DNA of 63,521 nucleotides, counting the filler, from Syncephalis fuscata S228 (Eukaryota > Fungi > Zoopagomycota): NCBI GenBank assembly GCA_025786725.1. It is 4 parts of 4 records of this genome, joined end to end, with 100 filler letters (N's around TTAATTAATTAA, not from the genome) between each part and the next. Parts side by side here need not be neighbours in the genome. Positions count along the whole stretch, not along the records: positions 27,891 to 56,997 come from JAHLTZ010000092.1; 3 more parts are not named here. One strand, written 5' to 3'. The notes under the pieces are model-generated. The model was not told where the DNA came from and searched no databases. It was given only the letters and a program-made list of their open reading frames with translations. The position numbers were made by a program, and so were the translations under genes. Below are positions 41,630 to 53,680 of the stretch, in pieces; positions within the stretch are counted from its first letter, which is position 1, and each line of letters starts with the position of its first letter.

Positions 41630-42776
41630 TTATTCTATGTTCATAAATGTACATATTATGTCATATAATTAGCGTATAGCAAATTATGTGCAATATTACT
41701 CACTTTCTATTAGTATAAATTATTAAACATGCACAGTTCATAACATATATTGAATAAGTAGTCAAGTATTTTATAATGCCACTTACTATCTATTAACGCA
41801 AATTATTAAGCGCACCAAGCATGGCATATGTTTAATAAATGGCTAGTTAATATACAATGCTACGTACACTCTATTCACATTATTAGTAAACACGCACAGT
41901 GCATATTGTATGTTTAGCATATTGTTAACCAATATACAATGCCACTTACTCCCTATTAATGCAAGTCATTAAACAGACACAGTGTATGGCATATGTTTAG
42001 TGCACATTTAATTGATATACAATCCGACTTACATCCTATTAGTACAAGTACATTAAATAGGCAGTGTATATCATGTTTTAGTGCATATGCAATTAATATA
42101 CAATGCCACTTACTCGCTATTGATGCAGAGTATTAGTTAGACACAGCATATATTGGATGGTTAGCGTATTTCGACTGCTATACAATGGCACTTACATGCT
42201 ATCAATAGAATTATCAGTTACACACAGTACATGGCATATATTTAGTGTGTATTCATTTAATCTACAATCCTACTTACCTTCTATTAATACAAGTCATTAA
42301 ACACGTACAGTGTGTGCTATAACTTAGCCTTTAATTAATTAATATACGCCGCTAATTACCTTCTATTAACATACATTGTTGAGCACATACAATGAATGGC
42401 ATATGATTAGTAAATAGTTGATTGATATAAAATGGCACTTACTAGATATAGTACAAATTGTTCAAACCACACAATACACAATACATAATTAATATGTAGT
42501 TAATTTAGTTAAAATGCCACTTACCCTCTATTAATACAAGTTGTTAAACATCCACGGTGCATTTCGTATGTTTAATATGGATTCGGTTAATATACAGCAT
42601 TACTTACCACCTAATAAAATCAAATTAATAGCAAAAGTATATTTAGTTGGCTAAATAAATAAATATTATAATTGTAACATACGCCTATAAACCCTATTTG
42701 GGCTGGCATCCACCATGGCTGTACTGGCTACAAAAGCCACAAGAATGGTGCAAACGACGGCAATAGAAAGCTTCAT
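41630..42776 (-). CDS. Putative secreted prepro-peptide gene whose mature part is encoded by an array of 3-nt micro-exons
   Basis: Exon 1 42776-42683 (31 codons + C, donor GTATGT). 3-nt exons GTG 42610-08, AGG 42527-25, AAG 42362-60, AAG 42280-78, CAT 42198-96, CGA 42116-14, GAT 42035-33, GGA 41952-50, AGT 41870-68, ATA 41789-87, AAA 41706-04, each TAG|NNN|GT. Last exon AA-TAA from 41634. Open frame ..SPNRVYRREEEASRWKYKK*. Confidence 0.75.
41635..42620. repeat. Degenerate tandem repeat, 12 units of 81-83 bp (each unit = intron + 3-nt exon)
   Basis: Core (+ strand) tacaatgccacttacNNNctattaa recurs with the triplet at 41704, 41787, 41868, 41950, 42033, 42114, 42196, 42278, 42360, 42443, 42525, 42608. 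Confidence 0.92.
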
Positions 42777-44089
42777 GGTGATATTGAATTGTTGAGACAA
42801 ACAAGTGAATAGGCGATATAGCACGGCTAGTAGAAAGTAGATGATAGTGAGTGTTCGACGAGTAGAATGTGATGATAATGCCACTAGTCAGTTGCATGTA
42901 TTGTATGGACTATTTAAATACACGACTATGCTGGTATTTCAGCACGGTGTATGTATGAGCTATACCATTAATGTGCAGTGTGAACCAATAACGGTGCATC
43001 CACATGGTAGCTTCAGGCATATGTATACCAATATATCAATAATGTGCTAACATGCAGCATAGTTTTGTTTTATTTTCTGGGCATTTATACATATGAAATG
43101 ACAATTTAATCAACTAACCCATATGCGATAAAAATGCACCTATCAATGTGTATTATATTGTTACACAATTCGCCTATGCGATGTATACTAAATTTATTGG
43201 TTCTAGAAATAGCAACAACGCATTGCTATGCCTTTATTATTGCTTTCGCTGATAATATCAATCCTTAATATTTACAGGTATTCCAAACAGCGCACAACAC
43301 CAATGTGACAGGAACACTAGTGCATTAAACGTGTATTGCTTTACAGGTATCCATCGTTTTGTATAAAACATTTGCAATGTATAAAGCCATAAAGATATAC
43401 TGATTAGTTTTCATGCGTTTAATTTAGTATTGTAGATTGGCTATAAAATAAACAGCCTATATATAACGCCGTACTATCGGCCATTAATACAACTATATCG
43501 TTAATAGCCAGCTGCTAAAATTAATTATTGGTTGTTGCATAATGACATTTTTGATAATAAGATACTGGAGTTGTTTATTGCTTTCATCGCCTGTTTGAAC
43601 ATAAAGTAGTCCAGTGACGCCGTACTACGCCATCAAACCAGCTCAGTCAGATATAGTCACTATGCGTGCTGTTTTTTATTGATACTACACAAATATTTGT
43701 TTTCATGCTAATTTCGGTATACAAGTAGCAGTTTAGTACTGCAATGCACCATACATACACTTCATATCACTGTAGTACTATCCGACAATAATCTAGCTGT
43801 ACGTAGTAATGTTGGCTGGCCGCTTTATAAATTGTGCAAGCTCTTTGGATGCATATCTATTACGCATCAGTTATTGTATCAGTGATTACAGCGTTTATTG
43901 TTTTGGATTTCATACTAAGTGTATATTGTTAATTGTAATCTGGAAATACAACCACTTTTCCCCTCTTGTTGTTAGTAATTTATTAGCACTAAAATGTACA
44001 ATAACATAAAGCACTATGGCTAAGCAAGTGAAGAGTGTTGGAATATGTAATACATAAAATGAGTTTAGAATAACACGAAATGATACATA

Positions 44090-44240
44090 ATAGTATAGGC
44101 ATAGATTGTTAATGATATAGGTGTACTGGATATCTATGTATACTGGATAATGAATCTACAATGATGAGTATTTTAATCATTGATATTACTCATTATCCAG
44201 TTCTATGTTCAATAGAAAGAATATGTAGTTTAGATGTAAC
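44090..44240. mobile_element. Partial copy (one TIR end) of the MITE-like family
   Basis: tactggataatgaatctacaatgatgagta..atgttcaataga..tgtagtttagatg closely matches 58420-58520 and 9150-9230. Confidence 0.6.
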
Positions 44241-44619
44241 CATTTAACCACAAATCATAATAAATAGTTAATAGGTTGCATAATGATGTTAAATGACAAA
44301 CAGTATGTTACATGATTAACGCTATACTAATTTTTGAATTAACTTTGAACAACTAATTGTAACTATAAATAATAGCTCTGGTACCAGTCACTTCTGACTA
44401 TTGATTAGTTGGTAAATAGGTGATACTGATCTATTACATAACACTATTATTAAATGACAGCTATGAATAAAATGTGAAATAAAAAACTCGCTCAATTTAT
44501 TTGTAATTGTATATATTTAAATGCAGTGTTCAATGATGATAAATGAAATGAAGGAAGTACATAATGATAACCATAGTAAGTAATGTGTAATGGTCGTAAG
44601 TGACAAAAGTAGCCATTGT

Positions 44620-45147
44620 CTAAAACACTTGTCCACATTTACGACATTTTAGCTGTTTTGTAACGCAGACTGGGAAGATCCAGCCACATAACACAGCTAG
44701 ACAAAGTGAGCCATTTGTATATTCCTCGCGAACATAATGTTCTCCTGCATCTTTGGGACAACGACCGTATTGTTCTATTGGGAAGCGAGGTGTTCTGGCC
44801 TGCGCCATACGTTGATAGTCCTCGACCGTATATTGGCCGTTTGGACCACTAGGTTGAATGTTATAAGGATCTACGCTGCCCTGCGGTGGTGGTGGCACAA
44901 CCGTCAAGTTTTTATCCTTAGCATCAGGCGTTGCGCCATAGTTTTTGTATTTAAAAGCATCGTTTGCATCGGGCATTGCAACCGGCGCCAATGGATAGCC
45001 ATTAGCATCGACCGGTGGCTTTTCATCACCGACCTGCGGCATTGCAACTGGATAAGGAGCAGTTGGCTGTTGTGGCGGCACAGCCGGATAAGTAAACGGT
45101 GGTGGTGGTGGAGGACCACCGTTAGAGGCACCAGGATAACCAGACAT
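44620..45147 (-). CDS. Proline-rich protein with C-terminal Cys-rich membrane domain (BRI3/DUF2367- or LITAF-like)
   Basis: Single exon; P/Y-rich N-terminus, then CPKD..EEYT..LCLAVLC.WIFPVC....CRKCGQVF*. Confidence 0.7.
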   Translation of the reverse strand: MSGYPGASNGGPPPPPPFTYPAVPPQQPTAPYPVAMPQVGDEKPPVDANGYPLAPVAMPDANDAFKYKNYGATPDAKDKNLTVVPPPPQGSVDPYNIQPSGPNGQYTVEDYQRMAQARTPRFPIEQYGRCPKDAGEHYVREEYTNGSLCLAVLCGWIFPVCVTKQLKCRKCGQVF

Positions 45148-45469
45148 CACGAGAAAGAATCGAGAAAGAACGGTGGGTAAACAATGTTATTGTATAAATA
45201 CTAGATAGTAATGGTTCAAACCGTCAAATACTGGTGTACTATATAGTGGTTGTAATAAAAAGAATAGCAAGTAAGAAGAGATGGCAAGTGAAAGAGAAGG
45301 AGAAACGGATAGTGTAGTCAATGAAACAACTTTTATATTAAAGCGGCACTTTAATGCCAAGATTGTCAAAGGACACCGACTTTTGACTATTTTACGGAAA
45401 GTGAATATTCTATAGAAAACTTACTTTTTTCTTTTGTCATGCAGCTCATCAGTCATTGATCATTTTACA

Positions 45470-46282
45470 AGTAAGCATTTACCAAAAGACAACTTGCCAC
45501 ATGACATAACCATTTATACATTTGTGATATTGCGCAATAGTGCCTAAACGAAAGCAGGCAGTTTCGTTTCACGACGTGAATGCTATGGAAGAGGTGGAGG
45601 CACAACAGCCAAGGAAGCGATCGCATAAATACTCGGCCAATAATACTTTTGCAGCAGCGACTCAGGTAACTCATGAGCAACAACAACAGCAACAGTCGTC
45701 ACCATCGTCACCACCATCGCCACCACCGGATCATTCTGTTGTAAATACAACTAATGTACATATAAAATCTGGTGGGCGTATACGTAACTACGCCGAGTAT
45801 TGTTTGAAGTGGCTAAAGGTAATTAGCATTAATCTGTGGAATAACAAATAAGCCTTACTGTTTTACATATATACAAACTTATTAATCTCAACCTTAACAA
45901 TAATGTTTATTAATTAATTAAACCGATTTCTTGGCATTAGGATGATGGCGATCGAGCTGTTACACTTCTTGGACAAGCAGCATGTGTTACTAAGGCAGTT
46001 ACCGTGGCTGAACTTGTCAAACGACTAAGCCATGCTGACAACGGTAATACGAATACACTGCAGCCAACTTTAGCCCAACAAACAGAAATTGGACGTGCAT
46101 CGTCTTTGCCATATAATAGCCTTGAAAGAGCCGATATGACAAAACTTGCTAATACATCAGTAGTACTGTCATCATCAGCATCTCAAATGGCTATGAACAA
46201 TAATAACCATAACACACGTAATCAGCCTGTCATACGTATTACTTTGACAAAGTTATCTTCAGTAATGACGGCGTCACCTTAA
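45470..46282 (+). CDS. Alba-domain protein (RPP25/RPP25L-like)
   Basis: VHIKSGGRIRNYAEYCLKWLK|DDGDRAVTLLGQAACVTKAVTVAELVKR..PVIRITLTK. Intron about 45819-45940; the start codon is probably split by intron 45471-45540. Confidence 0.78.
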
Positions 46283-48277
46283 GTAATACAGTGGTCTGAC
46301 AACGAATCAATGTCTTAAAAGATATACTTTTGATTCACTTTTGTTATCGGCACATATACATTACAACGTATACATCTATATAGTACGTCACAATGTTTTA
46401 TTGCCTTCTTTTTAGCTTGTAATGTGCACGTATACATAAGTGGGTACTAGCACAGTGTTGCATCTGTTTTTCCTTGTCAAATAAATACATAGTAAACTTT
46501 GTTATGACTCATTTGGATAGATTAATATACTTTCCCGATCCATTTCCTTTACATCGTCGATGGTATCTTGTGACTGTTAGGCGTGCGTATTGTGCCACAT
46601 CAACATACAAGTTTGTCATAGATAATTATCGAAAGAAACGAGAGAAAAGAAAAGAAAGTATGTCTAATGGTCTATTTAGTTGCGTATAACGAATATATTA
46701 ACATTAGTGGCTATTAGTTCCAAAATGACTATTAAATAGCTAAAGATCACTTTTCATTTTCGCAGTTTTTAATAATTTTCTGACTTTAAGTGTATAGCAA
46801 CAATAGCTATGGATCTTAATTACACACAAATAGTACGGACATAGCAATCGATATCAATTATTTATTTATTTTTTTGTTTCTTTGTTTAATTGCTTATTTA
46901 CTTGTTTGTCCATTGATCTATTGGCGTGTTGTATGTGTTTATAAGCGAGTGAGTGTATGTGTGTGTGCGTGTGTGTGTGTGGATATGATAATGGTAAAAT
47001 CAAATTACAACTTTCTATCTTTCTATTTGATAGTTTATACAAGCGGACTTTGCCTCTTGTTCATTCACTTCGAGTTCTCTCTCTCTCGTTCTTTTCTTCA
47101 CCTCACAGTTTATTTACATATCGCCAATTTCTTGTTGGTTATTGACGATAATTAGTCGGACCCGGGCACTGTACGCGTACATCCTAGTCAAGACATTGTG
47201 ATTCCTCTTCTGCAGCCTGCATTCGTGGCGTTACGCCTTGGTTGCCACAAGTTGCAGTGGTTATTTCCTGACGCATAACTTGTTTACATATTTGCATACA
47301 TCGTGAATACCCAGTACACTTTTCTTTTTAGTAACGTTATACTTTTATCGCAGCATAAGGTAGGCTTAGCACCTGATGTGTCAATAGTAGCCATAGCGGG
47401 CTTATAAGCCAGTTATGACAATAATGAGCGCTGTGTGTGTATGTATGGGTGGGTGTGTATGTTTTTATGTGTCTATTTATGTATTATATGCGTATATGCA
47501 CTGTATTGTGTGTGTGTGTGTAAGCAGTAGATGTATGAGCATATGGATGTGGATGTATTTGTGTGGGTACATACTATGTAGTTGTAGTTGATGGGTACTA
47601 AGTGGATGACAGTTCTATTATTACTGTTTTCTTTCTTCTACTAATTCTACTTGTATTTGTTGATCTCATTATCAACATCATCACATCACCGCCACACTGC
47701 CACTGTCGCCACCAATCTGCACTCTCCAACTCTCACACTTTTGCCACTTTTTCACTTTCTCCCCCTTCACCTTGGTCGCTACCTTTCTAGCCACACCAAT
47801 TACTCACCAGCACCACTACCCTTGCACTTTTACTACCCATATCACTGATTGTTACTGGGCTAGCTGCAAATTGCATCACTGTAATCGCTGCTGTCCATCT
47901 TATTCTGATCTATTCGTATTATCCTCGAGCTTACCCTTTTATGGTTAACGGATAGATTGGCATAATCGTGCATGATCGGTTCTTTATTTTGTCCTTGACC
48001 CATTATTCTTTTACGTTCGCTCGGCTCCAAGTGTATACGTAAGTGTACATGCGATAGCTGGCGTGATTGCGTGAAGCAATAGCTAGAAGTTTGGCAGCGC
48101 ACACCGTTAGTATTGACGTGTATTTTGCCAGTAACCTGCACTGTTGCATGTTCCTTGTTTTGCTGAGTAAAAAGCATATGTACAACGCACAATTATTTTG
48201 TTTTATGCGTGATTGGGACAGTTTATGTTAGATCCTTTTCTACTTTACTTATATATTGTCATTTGTAGGTTAATAGT

Positions 48278-51200
48278 ATGGGCAGACCACTAGATACCAG
48301 TAGTAGTAGTAGTAGTTTAGTATTGCCTTCTTCACCAGGGGTGCATACAGCGCACCAGCATGCCATCGATGCAGCCAACCATCCACTAGGAACGCAGGCA
48401 AATTCGTCGGCACATGCCTCCACAGCTTCTTTACCAAGTTCTGCTACAGTTACCGGCAGTGGTGAAGACAATGGACTATGGCAGGCTCTAGGCAAGCTAA
48501 ACATTGCTTCTGATGCGACACCAGGAGAGTTGAACGACAGTAACGAAGTGGCTGGCAATGATGGCTTGTCTACATCAGGCGTTGAGGCCGGTCTAACAAT
48601 GCAATCATCGCTTAAAGCATCATTTAGCCAGTCTCGATTTACAGAAGAAGACACGCTTACGACGAATCCACGCTATCTCTCGCACTTTAATGAACCATTC
48701 CTACTGGACGACGAACGAACGGTAGCGCCGTCGTCCGCTGATGCCGTCGGCCAAGAGCTTGGATCTTCTTTTGTTCGTCGCTACATTCAAATGAACGCTA
48801 ATAACGACCATTTTCCTATTTTGGTTCGACGTGATAGCCATCCTGAATTGCTTTCGGCATCGACTGCTGCATTTGATCTATCGCTAGGTAACTTTGATGC
48901 CGATCACGATACAAAGACGGCAAATACTACCAATGCTGCCTGGCCATTAGCCAATGTAAATGGCGATGGTTCGTTTGCTTCACGGCCACAGTCAGCAGCC
49001 TCGACATCGCCATCATCGCAAAAATCGCAATTAGTAGGATCAACAACTACTCAGCAACAACGAAGTGGCGAACATTCAGATGAGCATGGACTAGAGGCAC
49101 GACGACTATCGCATCCACAGTCAACGCAGATGGACTTATTGCTGCAAAAGTCACAAATGCGTTCACCATTACCATCTTCTAATAATGCATGGCTTTCATT
49201 TGGTGGCCCATCTTCAAGCAATGCATCTATTGTCAGTAATTTAAACGACACGACAGCTACTGTGGGCAATACACGCAGTATGTCTAATGGTGTTGACATC
49301 AATGCTGCATACGGTGTACATGCTCCACCTCTTGGCCGTACTAAATCGAGTGATATGATGAACGACTTTAATCGCGTTGGCTACAATCTAATCGACCAGC
49401 AATCCAGCGATGGACTAAATGCTCAATCCAACGACGCATTTATGGTGTCTGGACTGCATACACCTTTTACGCCTACTGAAAATGAACTGGGCCTAACACC
49501 ATTTACTAACGGATTTAATGGATTTGCTTCATCAGTTCAAGTAGAGCGTAACGGTGCCAACGCATCCCCAATGCTTACCAATTCAGGCCTTGAAGATGCA
49601 ATGAGCAATGCTGCATCGACTGATCCACATGCAGACAATGCTCATGTTGTATGTCCTTTTTTCCAGCAAGGCTTTTGTCCACGAGGTGAAATGTGCCCAT
49701 TTAGCCATCAGCTATTGCCACCACACGCCAATGAGGCTAGTATGGCTGCAATGGCCGGTAATAGCATGCATGGTATCCATGGCAGATCCCATTCGCAACA
49801 AATGTCCAATACTGGTACAGCACAAGTATCACCTTCACTTGGCCAATCAGATGCGGCAACAAGAGCATTGCAAAATGCTAGCCAACATGCCAATATGGCA
49901 TCACGATCAGCCGATATGTTTTCATCTGGCTTGTCATCACAGTCAACTTCAACGGCAGCTGGTCGATCACATATCCAATCAACGCAAACCCAGCAACAGC
50001 AACAGCAGCAGCAAGTATCGCAACAGCAACAACAGCAACAAATGTATACTGCTGCCGCTAATATGTCTCGTCCTATAATGCCAGCAATGAATCCTATTAT
50101 GAACACACCTTATCCATTTGGTGCAATGCCAAACTTTGGTACTCCATTCTATCCAGCCTATCCATTTAATCCAATGTATGCTGCTGCTGCTGCTGCCGCT
50201 GCCGCTGCCAATACTGGATTTCCTTATGGTACAACGGCGTATCCACGCTCACCAGGTGCCAATGGACTAGGTATGCCTAACGGCCATCCAATGCCGATCT
50301 CTCCTGCTTATCCTGGCTTTCCAATGGCCGGTCAAATGCCAATGAATGGCCGACCAGGCTCTAATCAGCCTAATGGTGCTGTGCCGCATGATGGCATTCG
50401 TCCAAGTAGCAGCATGTCGAAAAGTGCCTCACACCATAACGGCAAACGACAAGGCAGTACATCACACGAGCAAGAAGCCAACCGTTATGCCGGATTGGTA
50501 CTCGAAGAAATGACTGGTGAAATCTACAATCTATGCAAGGATCAACACGGCTGCCGATTCTTGCAACGCAAACTTGAAGAGCAGAAACGTAAAAACGTCA
50601 ATTTAATATTTACTGAAGTATCGCCACATGTTGTCGAGCTGATGACCGATCCATTTGGCAACTATTTATGTCAGAAGCTGATTGAGTTTTGCGCTGATGA
50701 CCAACGTACAGCCATTGTAGAAACGGTGGCTCCCGAGCTGCTTACGATTTCATTGAACATGCATGGCACACGTGCTGTTCAAAAGATGATTGAGTTTTTA
50801 TCCAGCCCGCAACAAATACGAGTAGTTGTTGCAGCACTTAAACCAAACGTAGTCACCTTAATCAAAGATTTAAATGGCAATCATGTTATTCAAAAATGTT
50901 TAAACCGACTACTATCTATCGACAATCAGTTTATTTATGATGCAGTGGCAGAGCATTGCGTAGAAGTATCAACGCATCGACATGGCTGCTGTGTATTACA
51001 GCGCTGTATCGACCATGCCTCTGATCACCAACGGGTTCAACTGGCCAATGAGATTACCCAACATGCTCATACTTTGGTTCAGGTAATTATTTAAGACTAA
51101 TTAATTGATTAATCGCTAGTATTAACCAACTATTTATTTTATTTTATAGGACCCATTTGGTAATTATGTTGTACAATATGTACTTGATTTGAACGACCAG

Positions 51201-52013
51201 CGCTTTACAGATGGTATGATTCGACGATTTATTGGCCATGTCAGTACACTTTCTGTACAAAAGTTCAGTTCCAATGTGATTGAAAAGTGCATTCGAATGG
51301 CGCAATTGGATACACGCAAATATCTTATTAGCGAGCTATTGAATCGCGACCGTTTAGAAAAGTTGCTTCGCGATCCATATGCCAACTATGTTGTACAGAC
51401 TGCACTCGATTATGCCGATCCATTGCAACGATCGCAGCTTGTTGACTGTATTCGCCCACTACTGCCTGCGGTCCGCAACACACCATACGGCAAACGTATC
51501 CAAAGCAAGCTGCAACGCGACCCACTTGCCTCTGGATCTATTACGCCGCCTAATAACGGAGATAGCGGCAACTCTAGTGCCGGTTCAAGTATCATTGACT
51601 CGACACCTATGAACGGCCATAGTAAAAGCTCGTCTATCGGCAATGGCAATGTGGCCGGCCTCAACGATAACGGCAGTGGCAGTATTAGCGGCAATAATAG
51701 CACTACCAATCTGGCCAGCCTTGCCGTAGGCAGTGGTGTTATCGGCTCACGTCCCTCGGCCATTAATACCAACACTAATGGCAACAACGGTAGCGGTAAT
51801 AATAATAATACTAGCAGCAGTACTATGTCTCCGCATCCATCGACGAGCAATAGCAGCGGTGCTGGTATTAATATGCCAATTACCTCTGCACTAGGATTTG
51901 GATTTGCACCTGGTCCATTAACGCCAGGCGCGCATACTGCCAGCACATTTACCAACAGCAATGGCAGCAATCCAATTGGCACTGGTTCTAACTTGTGGTG
52001 GCCAACTTCCTAA
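48278..52013 (+). CDS. Pumilio/PUF RNA-binding protein (Puf4/Mpt5-like) with a CCCH zinc finger
   Basis: Eight PUF repeats (LCKDQHGCRFLQRKLE, LMTDPFGNYLCQKL, NMHGTRAVQKMIE, DLNGNHVIQKCL, HRHGCCVLQRC, QDPFGNYVVQYVL, QKFSSNVIEKC, DPYANYVVQTAL); intron about 51083-51149; CPFFQQGFCPRGEMCPFSH. An additional upstream exon is possible. Confidence 0.93.
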
Positions 52014-52716
52014 GTGCTATTCTGCAATTCTGCAATTTATTTGTTTAATTACTATCTATGCTTTCTGCTCCTTTACCTTTTCTCTCCTTTCTCCATCTAT
52101 CCATCTATCTATCTATCTTTCTTTCTCGCTTGAACATGTAAGATGTAATTGTGCCGATACCCAACCACTTTCTTTGCATCTTTTCTTGTCACACTGTCTT
52201 TTAGTCCGTTTGATTTCTTGACTGTTCCACTATGCCACACATACGCACATGCTTTCCTATTACAACATTACACCTTGGTCCTTTCATTATATCATTATTG
52301 TTCGCATCTAAATTCACTTGTTTGCTATCACCATTCAACTAAAGACCCTCGCCTTTCCCTTTCTGTTTTCTTTTCATCTTTGTTTCCTACGTGCTGTTGC
52401 ATTTACAACAGCTGCTTTTTCTTTTTCAAACTGCTTCTCTCTTTCTTTATCAAACCAACCAACCACCATTACATCATTTGTGCTTTTCCATTCAAAGGAA
52501 CGATTTGCGTTTGTTAATAACGACGACGACAATGATAATGGTTGCGTACACGCCTGTATACACGTTAAAGTCATCGCTATTATTTGTTTGGGTATACACA
52601 CACGGGTGAATTTCAGATTTATTGTGTTTTTGTTATGTTTCATTGGAAGTACCCACAAATCTATTTCATGTGTTTTAATATTGTTAAAATGGTACTGGAA
52701 TTTAACACAAATGTAA

Positions 52717-53680
52717 CTATACGTGTGCGATAGTTGTAGATTTGCCTTGTTTAAGTCGATCCAAAAAGCTTGCTTTAGATAATTTGGCCAATTGTTCTAA
52801 TGATAGCCATCATCATCATAGTCATATAACCAATGAATTATTATTAGCATGATTTTTACTGTACAAAAGTAGTCCACATGTCTATTCTATTGCCTACCTT
52901 TCTCTTTGGCCTTTGTGGTAGCTACTACCAAGGGTGCCAGTGCATCATCTCCAGTCTTTTGATGAACACGTACTGCATTAAATAGCTGAATAACTATAAT
53001 TGGACTGTTAGTAACTAGTCTAAGCAATGATTAATAAATAGCAAATTACATACCACCTCGTGTAGCCACTTTCTTTAATCTTTTGTCATAGTCAAGAGTA
53101 AGTGCGACCTCGTCTGGGTCGGTTAAGCGTTGTCGACCTTGTTGTAGCTTTGCATTACGCTCGGCTATCAATACTTTACGTGCTTTACGCTCCAATCGTT
53201 CCTCTTCAAGTCGACGTTCTACAACACGGTTCTTGGCCATTACTGGCACCTATAAAGTATATTCATTAATCATTTCGCTTTGTTATTAATAGTATAGCTA
53301 CATACCATTGTCTCATGCTGATTAAGTGACATATTAAGCACACGATCAAGAGCAGCGGCAAAATCTGCCGAATTGTCAACAGCACGAGTACGCTTACGCT
53401 CTATAACATCGACACATTAACTATTTCACTTCTATTGAATCTACATAGCTAACGACTTACTTTTCTCTACCATCTCTGCACCATTAATATCATCACTTGA
53501 ATCGCTATCATTTGACTCGTCAAAGCTATCGCTACCTGTATCCTCTTCCTCCTCTTGCTGCTGTAGCTGTTCCACATCCTGCTCTTCTTCTTGTTCGCTC
53601 ATAGTGGAATCCTCCATAGCTTCGTCTGATGACACATGGCTTTCCTTCTTTTCCGGTATCTTATTCTTTCGGTTGGCCAT
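52717..53680 (-). CDS. RRP15: Ribosome biogenesis protein Rrp15
   Basis: Acidic N-terminus; EERLERKARK..KRLKKVATRG|VIQLFNAVRVHQK..|LSKASFLDRLK over five exons. Confidence 0.88.

Noticed and set aside
41635-42620. 82-bp periodic array as a CRISPR array or plain minisatellite
   Set aside because: Eukaryotic context with no cas genes; the units are homologous along their length, and the best-conserved positions are exactly splice donor and acceptor signals around 3 nt.
42666-42884. Unspliced 72-aa ORF (or 36-aa MKLS..RRMLQL*) as the complete gene
   Set aside because: Possible as an intron-retained form, but the GTATGT donor at 42682 and the downstream acceptor array argue for splicing.
52130-52160. 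UGUA PUF autoregulatory elements in the Pumilio 3' UTR
   Set aside because: No full Puf4/Puf5 consensus; UGUA is frequent in AT-rich DNA.
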